Assembly (NCBI GenBank): GCA_934502885.1
Contig: CAKSUT010000004.1
Location: forward strand, 39,232 to 103,231
Length of the DNA stretch: 64,000 bases
Source of the DNA: an uncultured Eubacteriales bacterium
Lineage (GTDB): Bacteria; Bacillota; Clostridia; Oscillospirales; CAG-382
Direction: 5' to 3'
In this document: positions 27,081 through 36,547 of the stretch, piece by piece
How the letters are laid out: each line of letters begins with the position of its first letter
Numbering within the stretch: the first letter of the stretch is position 1
Translations under genes and position numbers: made by a program
Notes under the pieces: generated by a model
Databases searched by the model: none
Told to the model about the DNA's origin: nothing
The model's input: the letters and a program-made list of their open reading frames with translations, nothing else

Positions 27081-27737
27081 ATGCCCAAAAACATTGCTGT
27101 TGTGGATGAAAACGGAAACGAATATGAAGCGACCTACCCGAAAAGGGCAAAAGGTCTTGTTAAAAAAGGCAGGGCACGCTTCATCAATGAAAGTACAATA
27201 TGCCTTGCGTGTCCGCCTGACAATATATCGGAGGACTCGACTATGCCGAAAGAAAAGAATACATACGAAGATGCAAATGCAGCTGATATAAGTGTAACTG
27301 CAAACGACATAATAATTGATGAGAATGTAAGCGCATCCGACCTTGCCGAGAGTGCGGAGTGGGAAACAAAGACGGAAACTGCGGAAGATAATATCACGGT
27401 CAGAGAAATTCTGAAGAGAATTGACGATATATCGACCGACGGTGCGTTCCTTACGAGTGCCATCAGCGACCTTGCAAGTGTTCAAATAAGCGGAGTCGGA
27501 GACATAGGAGCGCAGGAAAAAGCCCGTGCTTTCGGAGAAATGGTGAAGGCAAGAGAGGAAACCAACCGCAGACTCATCGATTTTTACGAGAAAATATATC
27601 AGGATGTGAAACCGAAAACGAAAAAATCCGACAACGACAACAAGCTTCTTTGTAAACTGTTAACCGAAATCGGAAATCCCGATGTGAAAAGCGAGGCACT
27701 GGAAAAGCTTACGGAGATTTTCTACCGTCTCTGTTGA
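27081..27737 (+). CDS. Hypothetical protein (basic N-terminal motif, acidic linker, helical C-terminus)
   Basis: 218-aa ORF with its own consensus promoter. Its N-terminus is VVDENGNEYEATYPKRAKGLVKKGRARF. I could not assign a family. Confidence 0.6.
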   Translation: MPKNIAVVDENGNEYEATYPKRAKGLVKKGRARFINESTICLACPPDNISEDSTMPKEKNTYEDANAADISVTANDIIIDENVSASDLAESAEWETKTETAEDNITVREILKRIDDISTDGAFLTSAISDLASVQISGVGDIGAQEKARAFGEMVKAREETNRRLIDFYEKIYQDVKPKTKKSDNDNKLLCKLLTEIGNPDVKSEALEKLTEIFYRLC

Positions 27738-27891
27738 CGTAGCATAACAAATGCCCTTTCCGTACCGAATGGTGCGGCAGGGGAGTTTGATTTTATATAA
27801 TTTTAAGAAAAATTTCCGAAATTCCCTCTTGACGCACCGCATTTTTCGGTGTACAATAGGGGAGTGAATCAACCTGAAAGGTGAACCCTTA

Positions 27892-28362
27892 TTGAATATC
27901 ATAAAAACCTACGGACTTGAGGTGCTCAAGTCGAAGAACTTCAGAAAAGAGAGAAAGTTTATACAGCACGGAAACGTGTCTACATACGAACACTCCGTCA
28001 GAGTTGCGAAAATGAGCGTGCGGCTTGCGAAATTCCTGAGAATAAAGGCGGATATGCGCTCGCTCGTCAGAGGCGCACTTCTGCACGATTATTTTCTCTA
28101 CGACTGGCACATCGAGAAATCCTCATCGGGACTTCACGGCTTCAGCCATGCGGCGACGGCTCTCTCGAACGCAAAGCGTGATTTTGACGTGAATGCCGTC
28201 GAGAGCGACATTATCGCGCGCCATATGTTTCCGCTCAATATAAAGCCGCCGAAATATAAGGAAAGCTGGCTCGTATGTGCGGCGGACAAGCTCTGCGCCG
28301 CGGAGGAAACAGCGCATACTTTTTCACGTATGCTAAAAAGAATACGCGCCGTATTAGCATAA
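27892..28362 (+). CDS. HD-domain phosphohydrolase
   Basis: H...HD metal motif (HSVRVAKMS...GALLHDYFLYDWH) and a later ARHMFP. TTG start. 156 aa. Confidence 0.75.
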   Translation: MNIIKTYGLEVLKSKNFRKERKFIQHGNVSTYEHSVRVAKMSVRLAKFLRIKADMRSLVRGALLHDYFLYDWHIEKSSSGLHGFSHAATALSNAKRDFDVNAVESDIIARHMFPLNIKPPKYKESWLVCAADKLCAAEETAHTFSRMLKRIRAVLA

Positions 28363-28372
28363 ATTTACGGCA

Positions 28373-28410
28373 AAAAAACGGGAGAGATTTCGGTCTCTCC
28401 CGTATATTTA
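28373..28410. terminator. Bidirectional terminator between HD gene and tetR-family gene
   Basis: A7, then CGGGAGAGA-TTTCGG-TCTCTCCCG, then a T-rich tail. Confidence 0.65.
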
Positions 28411-28983
28411 TGTTCCCGAGGTTATCGCAAGCTCAATCGATTTTCTCACCATATCAAGCTGTTCTTCGGACAATGACGCTCCGTCTTTCGGAAGAAGAGT
28501 CGCTCCGAGAATTATCGAGTACGCCACAAATACGCGGCGTGCTTTTTCTTTTTCGTCGAGTCCGAGTTTCTGCGCGTAATCGTCGATTGAGTCTTTTGTG
28601 CATTCGGACGGCATGAGCGGCGAACGGTGCGTTCCGTTTTCGTCGCAGAAGAAAATGACGGCGCGGAATTTCGGATTTGCGTCGAGAAAACGCAGATACC
28701 CTACGCAAAGCTCTGTAAGAAGACGCAGAGAGTCGCCTTTGTATGCGCCGATAATCTCTTTTGCAAACATTTCCCATTGCCCGTCAATGTAGTCGAGTAT
28801 CGCGCGCACGAGTCCGTCGCGGCTTCCGAACTGCTTATACGGTGTCGCACACGAGAGATGACAGGCGGCGGCAACACGCCTCTGCGAAAAACCAATGATG
28901 CCGTTTTCCTTTATTTCGCTTATCCCGGCAAGTATGAGCTGTTCCCTTACACTGCTCTCCTTTGTGTTCTTTTCACTCTGCAT
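28408..28983 (-). CDS. TetR/AcrR-family transcriptional regulator
   Basis: N-terminal HTH (ILAGISEIKENGIIGFSQRRVAAACHLSCATPYKQFGSRDGL). 191 aa. Divergent from the aro operon. Confidence 0.85.
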   Translation of the reverse strand: MQSEKNTKESSVREQLILAGISEIKENGIIGFSQRRVAAACHLSCATPYKQFGSRDGLVRAILDYIDGQWEMFAKEIIGAYKGDSLRLLTELCVGYLRFLDANPKFRAVIFFCDENGTHRSPLMPSECTKDSIDDYAQKLGLDEKEKARRVFVAYSIILGATLLPKDGASLSEEQLDMVRKSIELAITSGT

Positions 28984-29133
28984 TTTAATTACCTCCGCGT
29001 ATTTCTTGCTTTAGTATAACACATACCGAAGCGGATTTCAAGTGATTTTTCCTTTTAACGGAGCGCCATATGAAAACAAATAATGGTGAAGTCGTTAAAA
29101 ATAAATTAAAATCGCCTTTATTGCAAAAAGTAC

Positions 29134-29162
29134 TTGACAAAGCGCGAAAAGAGGTATATAAT
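29134..29162 (+). promoter_or_regulatory. Sigma-A-type promoter of the aromatic amino-acid operon
   Basis: TTGACA-N17-TATAAT, 88 nt upstream of the pheA ATG. Confidence 0.6.
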
Positions 29163-29176
29163 TCAGAACATAAAGA

Positions 29177-29221
29177 CAGGTTATCAGTGATAACTCCACG
29201 GGCTTTATCACTGATAACCTG
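29177..29221 (+). promoter_or_regulatory. Perfect 17-bp inverted repeat (operator or leader RNA hairpin)
   Basis: CAGGTTATCAGTGATAA-N11-TTATCACTGATAACCTG. It starts ~15 nt after the -10 box and ends 28 nt before the pheA ATG. Confidence 0.5.
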
Positions 29222-29249
29222 CAATAGAAATTTTGCTGTGAGGTTCTAT

Positions 29250-30344
29250 ATGGCGACAGACGGAAGAGAAGAAGCGAGACTTAGGATAAATGAGATTGAC
29301 GACAAAATAAGAGAGCTTTTCTGCGAACGCATGAAGGCGGCGCAGACAATAGCCGAGTACAAAAAGGAACACGGACTCCCCATCGAGGACAAAGCGCGTG
29401 AAGCGTCGCTCATCGCACGAAATTCAGAGAAAGTCCCCGAGGGAGAAATAAGAGACTGCTACGTCAGGTTTCAGCAGAATATGATGGACGTCTCAAAGGA
29501 CTATCAGAGACGCCTCATAAGCGGAACCAAGGTCGCGTACAGCGGAGTCGAGGGTGCGTTTGCGTGGATTGCCGCGAAGCGTATTTTCCCCGACGGAACA
29601 CCCGTCGCTTACTCCGATTTCTCTGCGGCATATGAAGCTGTCGTAAGTGGTGAAGCCGATGCCGCCGTGCTTCCGGTAGAGAACAGCTATGTCGGCGACG
29701 TCGGTCAGGTTCTGGATCTCATATTCTCCGGAAACCTCTATATCAACGGTATGTATGAGCTTCCCGTGAACCAGCACCTTCTTACGCTTCCGGGTGCGGA
29801 TAAAGGCGCGATAAAGAAGGTGTACAGCCACCCTCAGGCACTTTCACAGTGCGCACCGTATATCAAGGAACACGGTTATGAGCCTTGCCAGTACTTCAAC
29901 ACGGCGGCTGCGGCGAAGTTTGTGAGTGAGTCGGGGAATCCGACAATCGCCGCAATAGGAAGCGACGAGACCGCCGAGCTTTACGGTCTTCGTGTTGCCG
30001 AGAGGAACATACAGAGCGACAGAGGAAATACAACACGTTTTGCCGTGCTTTGCCGAAGCGCAAACGGAGTGCATTCAAAGAACGCTCACTGCGTACTCAA
30101 TTTCACCGTGCGCAATGAAGCCGGCTCGCTTGCAAAAGCAATTGAGGTTATCGGAAACCGAGGCTACAATATGCGTATGCTTTGCAGCAGACCCATGAAA
30201 ACTCTTGCATGGCAGTATTATTTCTACGTCGAAGCGGAGGGCGATATAGACACCGGAGCCGGGGTGACAATGCTCGAGGAACTCGGTGAATTCTGCGACG
30301 CACTCCGTGTCGTGGGACGGTTCGTGCCGGCAAAACTTGACTGA
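29250..30344 (+). CDS. pheA: Bifunctional chorismate mutase / prephenate dehydratase (P-protein) with ACT domain
   Basis: CM_2 domain (LRINEIDDKIRELFCERMKAAQTIAEYK), a PDT domain (VAYSGVEGAFAWIAA...LPVENSYVGDV...TRF) and an ACT domain. ATG 29250 follows GAGG. The ORF-track start at 29070 lies upstream of the promoter. Confidence 0.9.
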   Translation: MATDGREEARLRINEIDDKIRELFCERMKAAQTIAEYKKEHGLPIEDKAREASLIARNSEKVPEGEIRDCYVRFQQNMMDVSKDYQRRLISGTKVAYSGVEGAFAWIAAKRIFPDGTPVAYSDFSAAYEAVVSGEADAAVLPVENSYVGDVGQVLDLIFSGNLYINGMYELPVNQHLLTLPGADKGAIKKVYSHPQALSQCAPYIKEHGYEPCQYFNTAAAAKFVSESGNPTIAAIGSDETAELYGLRVAERNIQSDRGNTTRFAVLCRSANGVHSKNAHCVLNFTVRNEAGSLAKAIEVIGNRGYNMRMLCSRPMKTLAWQYYFYVEAEGDIDTGAGVTMLEELGEFCDALRVVGRFVPAKLD

Positions 30345-30372
30345 ACACATATTTTACGGGAGGTAGACGGCA

Positions 30373-31413
30373 ATGACATTGAGAGTCGCATTTGACGACG
30401 AAAACAAAAGCTACGATATAGTTATAGAACGCGGAGTGCTTGCAAGGGCAGGGAGTGAGCTTGAGCTTTCGGGAAAGGTTCTTGTCCTCACCGACGACGG
30501 CGTACCGCAAAAGTACGTGAAAACCGTTGTGGACGCTTGCACAGAACCGTATGTTTATACTGTGCCTCACGGAGAAAAAAGCAAGTCCCTCGATTCTTTC
30601 GGAAAAATATGCGCTTTCATGCTTGAAAAGGGCTTCGGACGTCGTGACTGCGTTGTTGCTGTAGGCGGAGGAATGGTCGGAGACCTTGCAGGCTTTGCGG
30701 CGGCAAGCTATATGAGGGGCGTCAGATTTTACAATATCCCCACAACGCTCCTTTCACAGGTCGATTCGTCGGTGGGCGGAAAGACTGCCGTGAACCTCGG
30801 CGGCGTAAAGAATATCGTCGGTGCGTTTTACCAGCCGAAAAAGGTTCTCATCGACCCCGATACCCTGAAAACGCTCACCCCGAGAATACTCGCCGAGGGC
30901 TTTGCGGAGGTCGTAAAAATGGCGGCGACCGACAATGCGGAGTTTTTCTCGTATCTCGAAAGCTGCGATATTTCAGAGACTCACTGCATGGAGTATATCA
31001 TAGCGGAAGCACTCAAGATAAAGATCGAGTACGTAGTGAACGACGAAAAGGAATCTGGCGCACGCATGGCACTCAATTTCGGACATACCGTCGGTCATGC
31101 AATTGAAGCACTCGGAGGACGGTATCACGGCGAATGCGTCGCACTCGGTATGATGTTTATGAGCGAGGGAGAAGCGAAAAAACGCATAGAAAAGCTCCTT
31201 TGTAAATTCGGTCTTCCAACGACCTTGAATGCTGACGCGGAGGCGCTTTATTCGTCTCTCACGCATGACAAAAAAGCGTCGGACGGCAAGGTGTCTGTTG
31301 TTCGTGTCAGTGAAATAGGAAAGCGTGAAATAGTGAAATGCCCGGTTGAAGATATGCGTTCGGTTATTGCAGACGGACTTTCAAACATGAATTCACAACG
31401 GAAAGAGGATTGA
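30373..31413 (+). CDS. aroB: 3-dehydroquinate synthase
   Basis: GGGMVGDLAGFAAASYMRGV.F..IPTTLLSQVDSSVGGKTAVN and HTVGHAIE motifs. Confidence 0.9.
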   Translation: MTLRVAFDDENKSYDIVIERGVLARAGSELELSGKVLVLTDDGVPQKYVKTVVDACTEPYVYTVPHGEKSKSLDSFGKICAFMLEKGFGRRDCVVAVGGGMVGDLAGFAAASYMRGVRFYNIPTTLLSQVDSSVGGKTAVNLGGVKNIVGAFYQPKKVLIDPDTLKTLTPRILAEGFAEVVKMAATDNAEFFSYLESCDISETHCMEYIIAEALKIKIEYVVNDEKESGARMALNFGHTVGHAIEALGGRYHGECVALGMMFMSEGEAKKRIEKLLCKFGLPTTLNADAEALYSSLTHDKKASDGKVSVVRVSEIGKREIVKCPVEDMRSVIADGLSNMNSQRKED

Positions 31414-31420
31414 CGTACAA

Positions 31421-32527
31421 ATGAAGAATACATTCGGAAACGCACTGACAATTACGCTTTTCGGCGAAAGTCACGGAAAGTATATCGGTGCGGTGCTTGA
31501 CGGCGTATCACCGGGAGTCGATGTTGACGAAGAATATATAATGCGTGAGCTTGACAGACGCCGTGCAAAAGGTGAGACCTCAACCGCCAGACACGAGAGC
31601 GATACGCCGAAAATCGTGAGCGGAGTTTACGGCGGAAAAACGACCGGGACTCCGATAACCGTCATAATAGAAAATGCGGATACACACAGCGGCGATTATG
31701 AAAGTACACGCTTTCTCGCACGTCCGTCTCACGCCGACTATACCGCACACGTAAAATACGGCGGCTTTGAGGATTACAGGGGCGGCGGACACTTTTCCGC
31801 AAGACTTACGGCGGCGTTTGTCGCGGCGGCAAGCATAGTAAAATGCGCGCTCGAAAAGAAAGGAATAATTATCGCCACCCATGCCTCACGGTGCGCCGGT
31901 GTTTCCGACAGAAGCTTTGACGATTTGCGCCGTGACGCCGATTATCTTTGCACGCTTCCGACCGACCGTTTTCCGGTACTTGACGAAAGCTCTGAGTGCC
32001 TTATGAAGGAAAGAATTATCGAAGCGAAAAAAGACCTCGACAGTGTCGGCGGTATTCTTGAGACCGCAATTCTCGGCGTCGGCGCCGGACTCGGGGAACC
32101 GTGGTTTGACAGCGTTGAAAGTGAGCTTGCGCACATTCTTTTCTCGATACCGGCTGTGAAGGGTGTTGAGTTCGGACTTGGCTTCGGCTTTGCCGACAAG
32201 TGCGCAAGCGAAGCCAATGATCCCTTTTATTCCGATGAAAACGGAAATATTCTTACGCGCACAAACAACAACGGCGGTATAAACGGCGGCATTACAAATG
32301 GTATGCCGATAATATTCAGAACCGCCGTGAAGCCGACACCCTCCATTGCAAAGGAGCAGGATACGGTCAATATCGAAACCGGCAAAAATGCAAAGCTCTC
32401 AATTCACGGACGGCATGACCCGTGTGTCGTAATGAGAGCGGCTCCCGTCGTCGATGCCGCGGCGGCACTTGTTATTGCGGATTTTCTTGTTATGCGTGAG
32501 GGCGAAAACGCTCTTCGGACAAAGTGA
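31421..32527 (+). CDS. aroC: Chorismate synthase
   Basis: FGESHG, RPSHADY, GGGHFSARLTA and GRHDPCV signatures. Confidence 0.95.
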   Translation: MKNTFGNALTITLFGESHGKYIGAVLDGVSPGVDVDEEYIMRELDRRRAKGETSTARHESDTPKIVSGVYGGKTTGTPITVIIENADTHSGDYESTRFLARPSHADYTAHVKYGGFEDYRGGGHFSARLTAAFVAAASIVKCALEKKGIIIATHASRCAGVSDRSFDDLRRDADYLCTLPTDRFPVLDESSECLMKERIIEAKKDLDSVGGILETAILGVGAGLGEPWFDSVESELAHILFSIPAVKGVEFGLGFGFADKCASEANDPFYSDENGNILTRTNNNGGINGGITNGMPIIFRTAVKPTPSIAKEQDTVNIETGKNAKLSIHGRHDPCVVMRAAPVVDAAAALVIADFLVMREGENALRTK

Positions 32528-32564
32528 CATTACTGAAGCATTCTGACTGAAAGGTGTGATACGT

Positions 32565-33833
32565 ATGTGCGGAAAAACACTCGAATACGGACTTATCGGC
32601 GAAAAGCTGCCGCACAGTTATTCGGTTGAGATACATAAGAATCTCGCGGATTACGACTACCGCCTGTGTGAGCTTGCGCCGGAGGAAGTCGGAGAGTTTA
32701 TGACAAAAAAAGAGTTTCGCGGCATAAACGTGACTATTCCATATAAAAAAACGGTAATGCCGTATCTTGACGAAATCTCGGAAAAGGCTCTGAGAATAGG
32801 CGCGGTAAATACCGTCGTAAAACGTGACGGCAAGCTTTACGGCTTCAATACCGATCACGTCGGACTTACTTCTCTTATCGTCAAAGCCGGTATTGATATC
32901 CGCAGTAAGAATTGTATGATACTCGGCACGGGCGGCACTTCGCAGACCGCAAGAGCAGTTCTCGCAGACCTTGGCGCAAAAAATCTTGTTGTCGTCAGCA
33001 GAAAGAAAGCTCCCGGTACCGTCACCTACGCCGACGCGGTAACCATGACAGAAACAGAGGTTGTTGTCAACACGACGCCGGTCGGTATGTATCCGAACGA
33101 AAACGCGGCGCCGATAGATATTGGAAAATTCCCGAAGCTGTGCGGCGTAGTTGACGCAATATACAATCCGCTTCGCACAGAGCTTGTGCTTGATGCAAAG
33201 AGGCGAGGAATACCTGCCGTCGGCGGTCTTTATATGCTCGTCGCGCAGGGAGCGGCGGCAAGCGCGCTCTTTCTCGGCGTCGACGGCACTTTCAATACGG
33301 ACGATGCCGAAAAAATATGCGAAAAGGTTCGTGCGCAAAAGGAAAACATCGTGCTTGTCGGTATGCCGTCGTGCGGAAAGTCCGCAATAGGAAAAAAGCT
33401 CTCGCAGATGCTTGACAGACCTTTCTGCGACACGGACGAGCTGCTTGAAAAGCGTTTCGGCATAACCCCCTGCGATTACATAAACGGCTACGGCGAACGC
33501 AGCTTCAGAGATACCGAGAGCATGATTGTGAGCGAATGTGCGGCGATGTCGTGCGGCGTAATAGCCACGGGCGGCGGTGCGGTTTTGCGCCCTCAGAATG
33601 TCAGAGCACTTTTGCGCAACGGACGCATTTACTTCATAGACCGTGATCTTTCCGCTTTGAAGCCGAGTCCCGACCGTCCTCTTTCGCACGACAGAGAAAC
33701 TCTCGGGAAAATGTTTCACGCACGCTATCCGCTCTATAAGGACGTGAGCGATGTCACGGTTGACGGAAACATGAGCGTTGACGAGGTCGCAAAAGCCATT
33801 CGCAAAGAGTTTTGCCAAAACACCGAAGAATGA
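32565..33833 (+). CDS. Fused shikimate dehydrogenase / shikimate kinase
   Basis: N-terminal AroE (GLIGEKLPHSYS..IH, NVTIPYKK, GAVNTVV, NTDHVG). C-terminal AroK (Walker A GMPSCGKS, DTDEL, ATGGGAV). ATG 32565 is preferred over GTG 32556. Confidence 0.9.
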   Translation: MCGKTLEYGLIGEKLPHSYSVEIHKNLADYDYRLCELAPEEVGEFMTKKEFRGINVTIPYKKTVMPYLDEISEKALRIGAVNTVVKRDGKLYGFNTDHVGLTSLIVKAGIDIRSKNCMILGTGGTSQTARAVLADLGAKNLVVVSRKKAPGTVTYADAVTMTETEVVVNTTPVGMYPNENAAPIDIGKFPKLCGVVDAIYNPLRTELVLDAKRRGIPAVGGLYMLVAQGAAASALFLGVDGTFNTDDAEKICEKVRAQKENIVLVGMPSCGKSAIGKKLSQMLDRPFCDTDELLEKRFGITPCDYINGYGERSFRDTESMIVSECAAMSCGVIATGGGAVLRPQNVRALLRNGRIYFIDRDLSALKPSPDRPLSHDRETLGKMFHARYPLYKDVSDVTVDGNMSVDEVAKAIRKEFCQNTEE

Positions 33834-33854
33834 TAACCGGAGGACATACAAAGA

Positions 33855-34301
33855 ATGAAACTTATGATAATAAACGGTCCGAACCTCAATATGCTCGGTG
33901 TGAGAGAACCTGGCATTTACGGCAGAACGACGTATGACAGCCTCTGCGAAAAAATCAAGGCTCACGCCGACGGCAAGGGCGTCGAAACAGAGTTTGTGCA
34001 GTCGAATCACGAGGGAGACCTTGTAGACGCAATACAGAGAGCATATTTTGAAAAGTTCGACGGCATTGTGATAAATCCCGGTGCGTATACGCACACAAGC
34101 ATTGCCATTCTTGATGCCGTCAAGGCAACCTCTCTTCCGACAGTCGAGGTGCATATCTCAAAGCTTGACGAGAGAGAGGACTTCAGGCAGATAAGCTACA
34201 TAAGAAAAGCCTGCATAAAATCGATAATCGGAGAGGGAACCGACGGATATCTTCACGCCGTCGACGAACTTGTCCGATATTGCCGGGAGGCGAAGAAATG
34301 A
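33855..34301 (+). CDS. aroQ: Type II 3-dehydroquinate dehydratase
   Basis: INGPNLNMLG.REP.IYG, QSNHEG, INPGAYTHTSIA..D and EVHISK motifs. Confidence 0.95.
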   Translation: MKLMIINGPNLNMLGVREPGIYGRTTYDSLCEKIKAHADGKGVETEFVQSNHEGDLVDAIQRAYFEKFDGIVINPGAYTHTSIAILDAVKATSLPTVEVHISKLDEREDFRQISYIRKACIKSIIGEGTDGYLHAVDELVRYCREAKK

Positions 34302-35509
34302 GAGTAACAATAACACCCTCGACCGCGAAAGGTACGGTCAAAGCGCCGCCGTCAAAGAGCATCGCACACAGAATGCTTATCGCCGGCGCGCTTTCGGACG
34401 GTGAAAGCGTTATACACGGCATAAGCCTTTCGCAGGATATAAAAGCGACGCTCCGCTGTCTTGCCGCACTCGGTGCGGAGTATAAGGTTGACGGCGATAC
34501 GGTGCGCATAGGAAAATGTAAACCCTCTGCGGTTAAGAAAAAGGTACTTCTCGACTGCGGCGAAAGCGGAAGCACACTGCGCTTTCTTCTTCCGCTGTGC
34601 CTTCTTTCGGGAAAAGAAGCGATACTCACCGGTTCTCCGACGCTTTTGTCAAGACCGCTTGACGTTTACAGCAAACTTTGCGCCTCGCAGAGTATAGAGT
34701 GTCGTCACGAGGCCGACGGAATACACGTCTGCGGCGTATTGAAGCCGGGCAATTACAAAATTCCCGGGAATGTCAGCAGTCAGTTCATTTCGGGACTCCT
34801 GTTTGCGCTTCCGCTTCTCGGAAAGCCGAGTACGATAACCATAAGCGCGCCTATAGAGAGCGTGCCTTACATTGAGCTTACGCTTCAGGCTCTGTCGCGC
34901 TTCGGCGTTTCGGCAAAATGGACGGGCGAGAGGACGATATCCGTCGGAAAGGGCGGCTATTCTCCCCTTGAAACAACCGTCGAGGGTGACTATTCCAACG
35001 CCGCTTTCTTCGACGTGCTGAACCTCTTGGGAGGCGATGTCACGGTTGAGGGACTTGACCCTGAGTCAAAGCAGGGGGATAAGGTTTACAAGAAGATGTT
35101 TCCTCTTATCGCGGCAGGGACTCCGTCGCTTCACTTCGGAGACTGTATCGACCTTGCTCCGATTTGCTTCGCACTCTCGGCGGCTCTTCACGGCGGTGTG
35201 TTTAACGGCACTCGCAGACTTGCCATAAAAGAGAGCGACCGTGCAAATTCAATGGCTGAGGAACTGCGAAAATTCGGCGCGAGGGTGACAGTGAACGAGG
35301 ACAGCGTGATAGTGCTTCCGAAAGAGTTTCATGCGCCGGACGGAGTACTTGACAGTCACAACGACCACAGAATAGTCATGTCGCTGAGTGTGCTTTTGAC
35401 GCTTGTCGGCGGCACAATAGAGAATGCGCAAGCCGTTGACAAAAGCTTTCCCGGCTTTTTCGACGAGCTTTCGTCACTCGGAATTGAGGTAAAATATGAG
35501 AACGATTAA
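34298..35509 (+). CDS. aroA: 3-phosphoshikimate 1-carboxyvinyltransferase (EPSP synthase)
   Basis: PPSKSIAHRMLIAGAL, GESGSTLRFL, SSQFISGLL and DHRIVMS motifs. The ATG overlaps the aroQ stop by 4 nt. Confidence 0.95.
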   Translation: MRVTITPSTAKGTVKAPPSKSIAHRMLIAGALSDGESVIHGISLSQDIKATLRCLAALGAEYKVDGDTVRIGKCKPSAVKKKVLLDCGESGSTLRFLLPLCLLSGKEAILTGSPTLLSRPLDVYSKLCASQSIECRHEADGIHVCGVLKPGNYKIPGNVSSQFISGLLFALPLLGKPSTITISAPIESVPYIELTLQALSRFGVSAKWTGERTISVGKGGYSPLETTVEGDYSNAAFFDVLNLLGGDVTVEGLDPESKQGDKVYKKMFPLIAAGTPSLHFGDCIDLAPICFALSAALHGGVFNGTRRLAIKESDRANSMAEELRKFGARVTVNEDSVIVLPKEFHAPDGVLDSHNDHRIVMSLSVLLTLVGGTIENAQAVDKSFPGFFDELSSLGIEVKYEND

Positions 35510-36377
35510 CAAAGACACGAATTTTCTTATCGTCGGACTCGGAGTCATGGGAGCGGCATACGCAAGACTCCTTTCAGACGCAGGTTATAAGGTAGGTGCG
35601 GTAACAAAAGAGCAGAGCGACGTTGATTACGCGCTCTCGCACGGTTACGTTGCCGAGGGAAGCACCGAACCGACGGAGGAGCTTCTCGGCAAAGCGGATG
35701 TGGTTGTCTGCGCACTTCACCCACACGTGCTTATTTCGTGGATAGAACGCAACCAATATAAGCTTGCAAGGGGTGCTGTTGTCACCGATATCACCGGCGT
35801 CAAAGGAGGCGTGGTCGGTCAGATACAGGAAATGCTTCGCTCCGACCTTGAGTTTGTTGCGGTTCATCCTATGGCAGGACGAGAGGGAAGCGGCATCGCG
35901 ATGAGCGAGGGCGTTAAATTCGGTGAAGCAAACTACATAATCGTCCCCACGGCGTGCAACACCAAAGAGGGCATAGAGCTTGCGAGAAAGCTCGGCGAAA
36001 TTCTCGGCTTCGCGAGAATCGCCGAACTTGATATAGACACTCACGACGAAATGATAGCCTACCTTTCACAGCTTACGCACTGTATAGCAGTCGCTCTTAT
36101 GACCTGCCGCGACTGTGAGCATATGACGTCGTATACCGGCGACTCGTTCCGCGACCTTACGCGTATAGCGAGAATAAACGATGAGATGTGGAGCGAACTG
36201 TTCTTAATAAACAAAGATAAGCTTCTCGAACAGATGAATCTCTTCATAAAAGAGATTACGCGCATGAGAGATCTTCTCGCCGTCGGCGACCGAGAGGGTA
36301 TACGCGAGATGATGAGATGCTCGACCGCAAGACGCGCACTTTTCGATAAACCCACTGCCGATGATAACGATAAGTAA
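35496..36377 (+). CDS. tyrA: Prephenate dehydrogenase
   Basis: Rossmann fold IVGLGVMG, HPMAG and SQLTH motifs. It overlaps the aroA end. Confidence 0.85.
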   Translation: MRTINKDTNFLIVGLGVMGAAYARLLSDAGYKVGAVTKEQSDVDYALSHGYVAEGSTEPTEELLGKADVVVCALHPHVLISWIERNQYKLARGAVVTDITGVKGGVVGQIQEMLRSDLEFVAVHPMAGREGSGIAMSEGVKFGEANYIIVPTACNTKEGIELARKLGEILGFARIAELDIDTHDEMIAYLSQLTHCIAVALMTCRDCEHMTSYTGDSFRDLTRIARINDEMWSELFLINKDKLLEQMNLFIKEITRMRDLLAVGDREGIREMMRCSTARRALFDKPTADDNDK

Positions 36378-36547
36378 GCGGTATCTAACTGATTAACAAA
36401 CTGCAAAGAGACTGTGGTTGAAGCCTTTACCAAACCATCAAGTGGTAGGAGAATGAAACCAATCCACAGCATCTAAACAATTATACCATAGTTCTTTGAG
36501 AGGAACTCTGAAAACTACTACATTTATTATACGAGGAGAATTAAGCC

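Noticed and set aside
32490-34154. 554-aa minus-strand ORF
   Set aside because: It is antisense to the aroE/aroK fusion and aroQ, and no motif is recognisable. The same applies to 40731-42299 and 43128-44525 (antisense to the beta-helix genes). It also applies to 55016-56443 (antisense to the QueG-like genes) and 60272-61471. The recurrence of long antisense ORFs looks like a codon-usage by-product: few TTA/CTA/TCA codons in frame on the sense strand.
36378-36547. T-box or known riboswitch in the intra-operon spacer
   Set aside because: At ~170 nt it is too short for a T-box. It has no AGAGA/GNUGGNA-type T-box core and no terminator/antiterminator pair with a U-run. It is kept only as an unclassified structured spacer in the findings.
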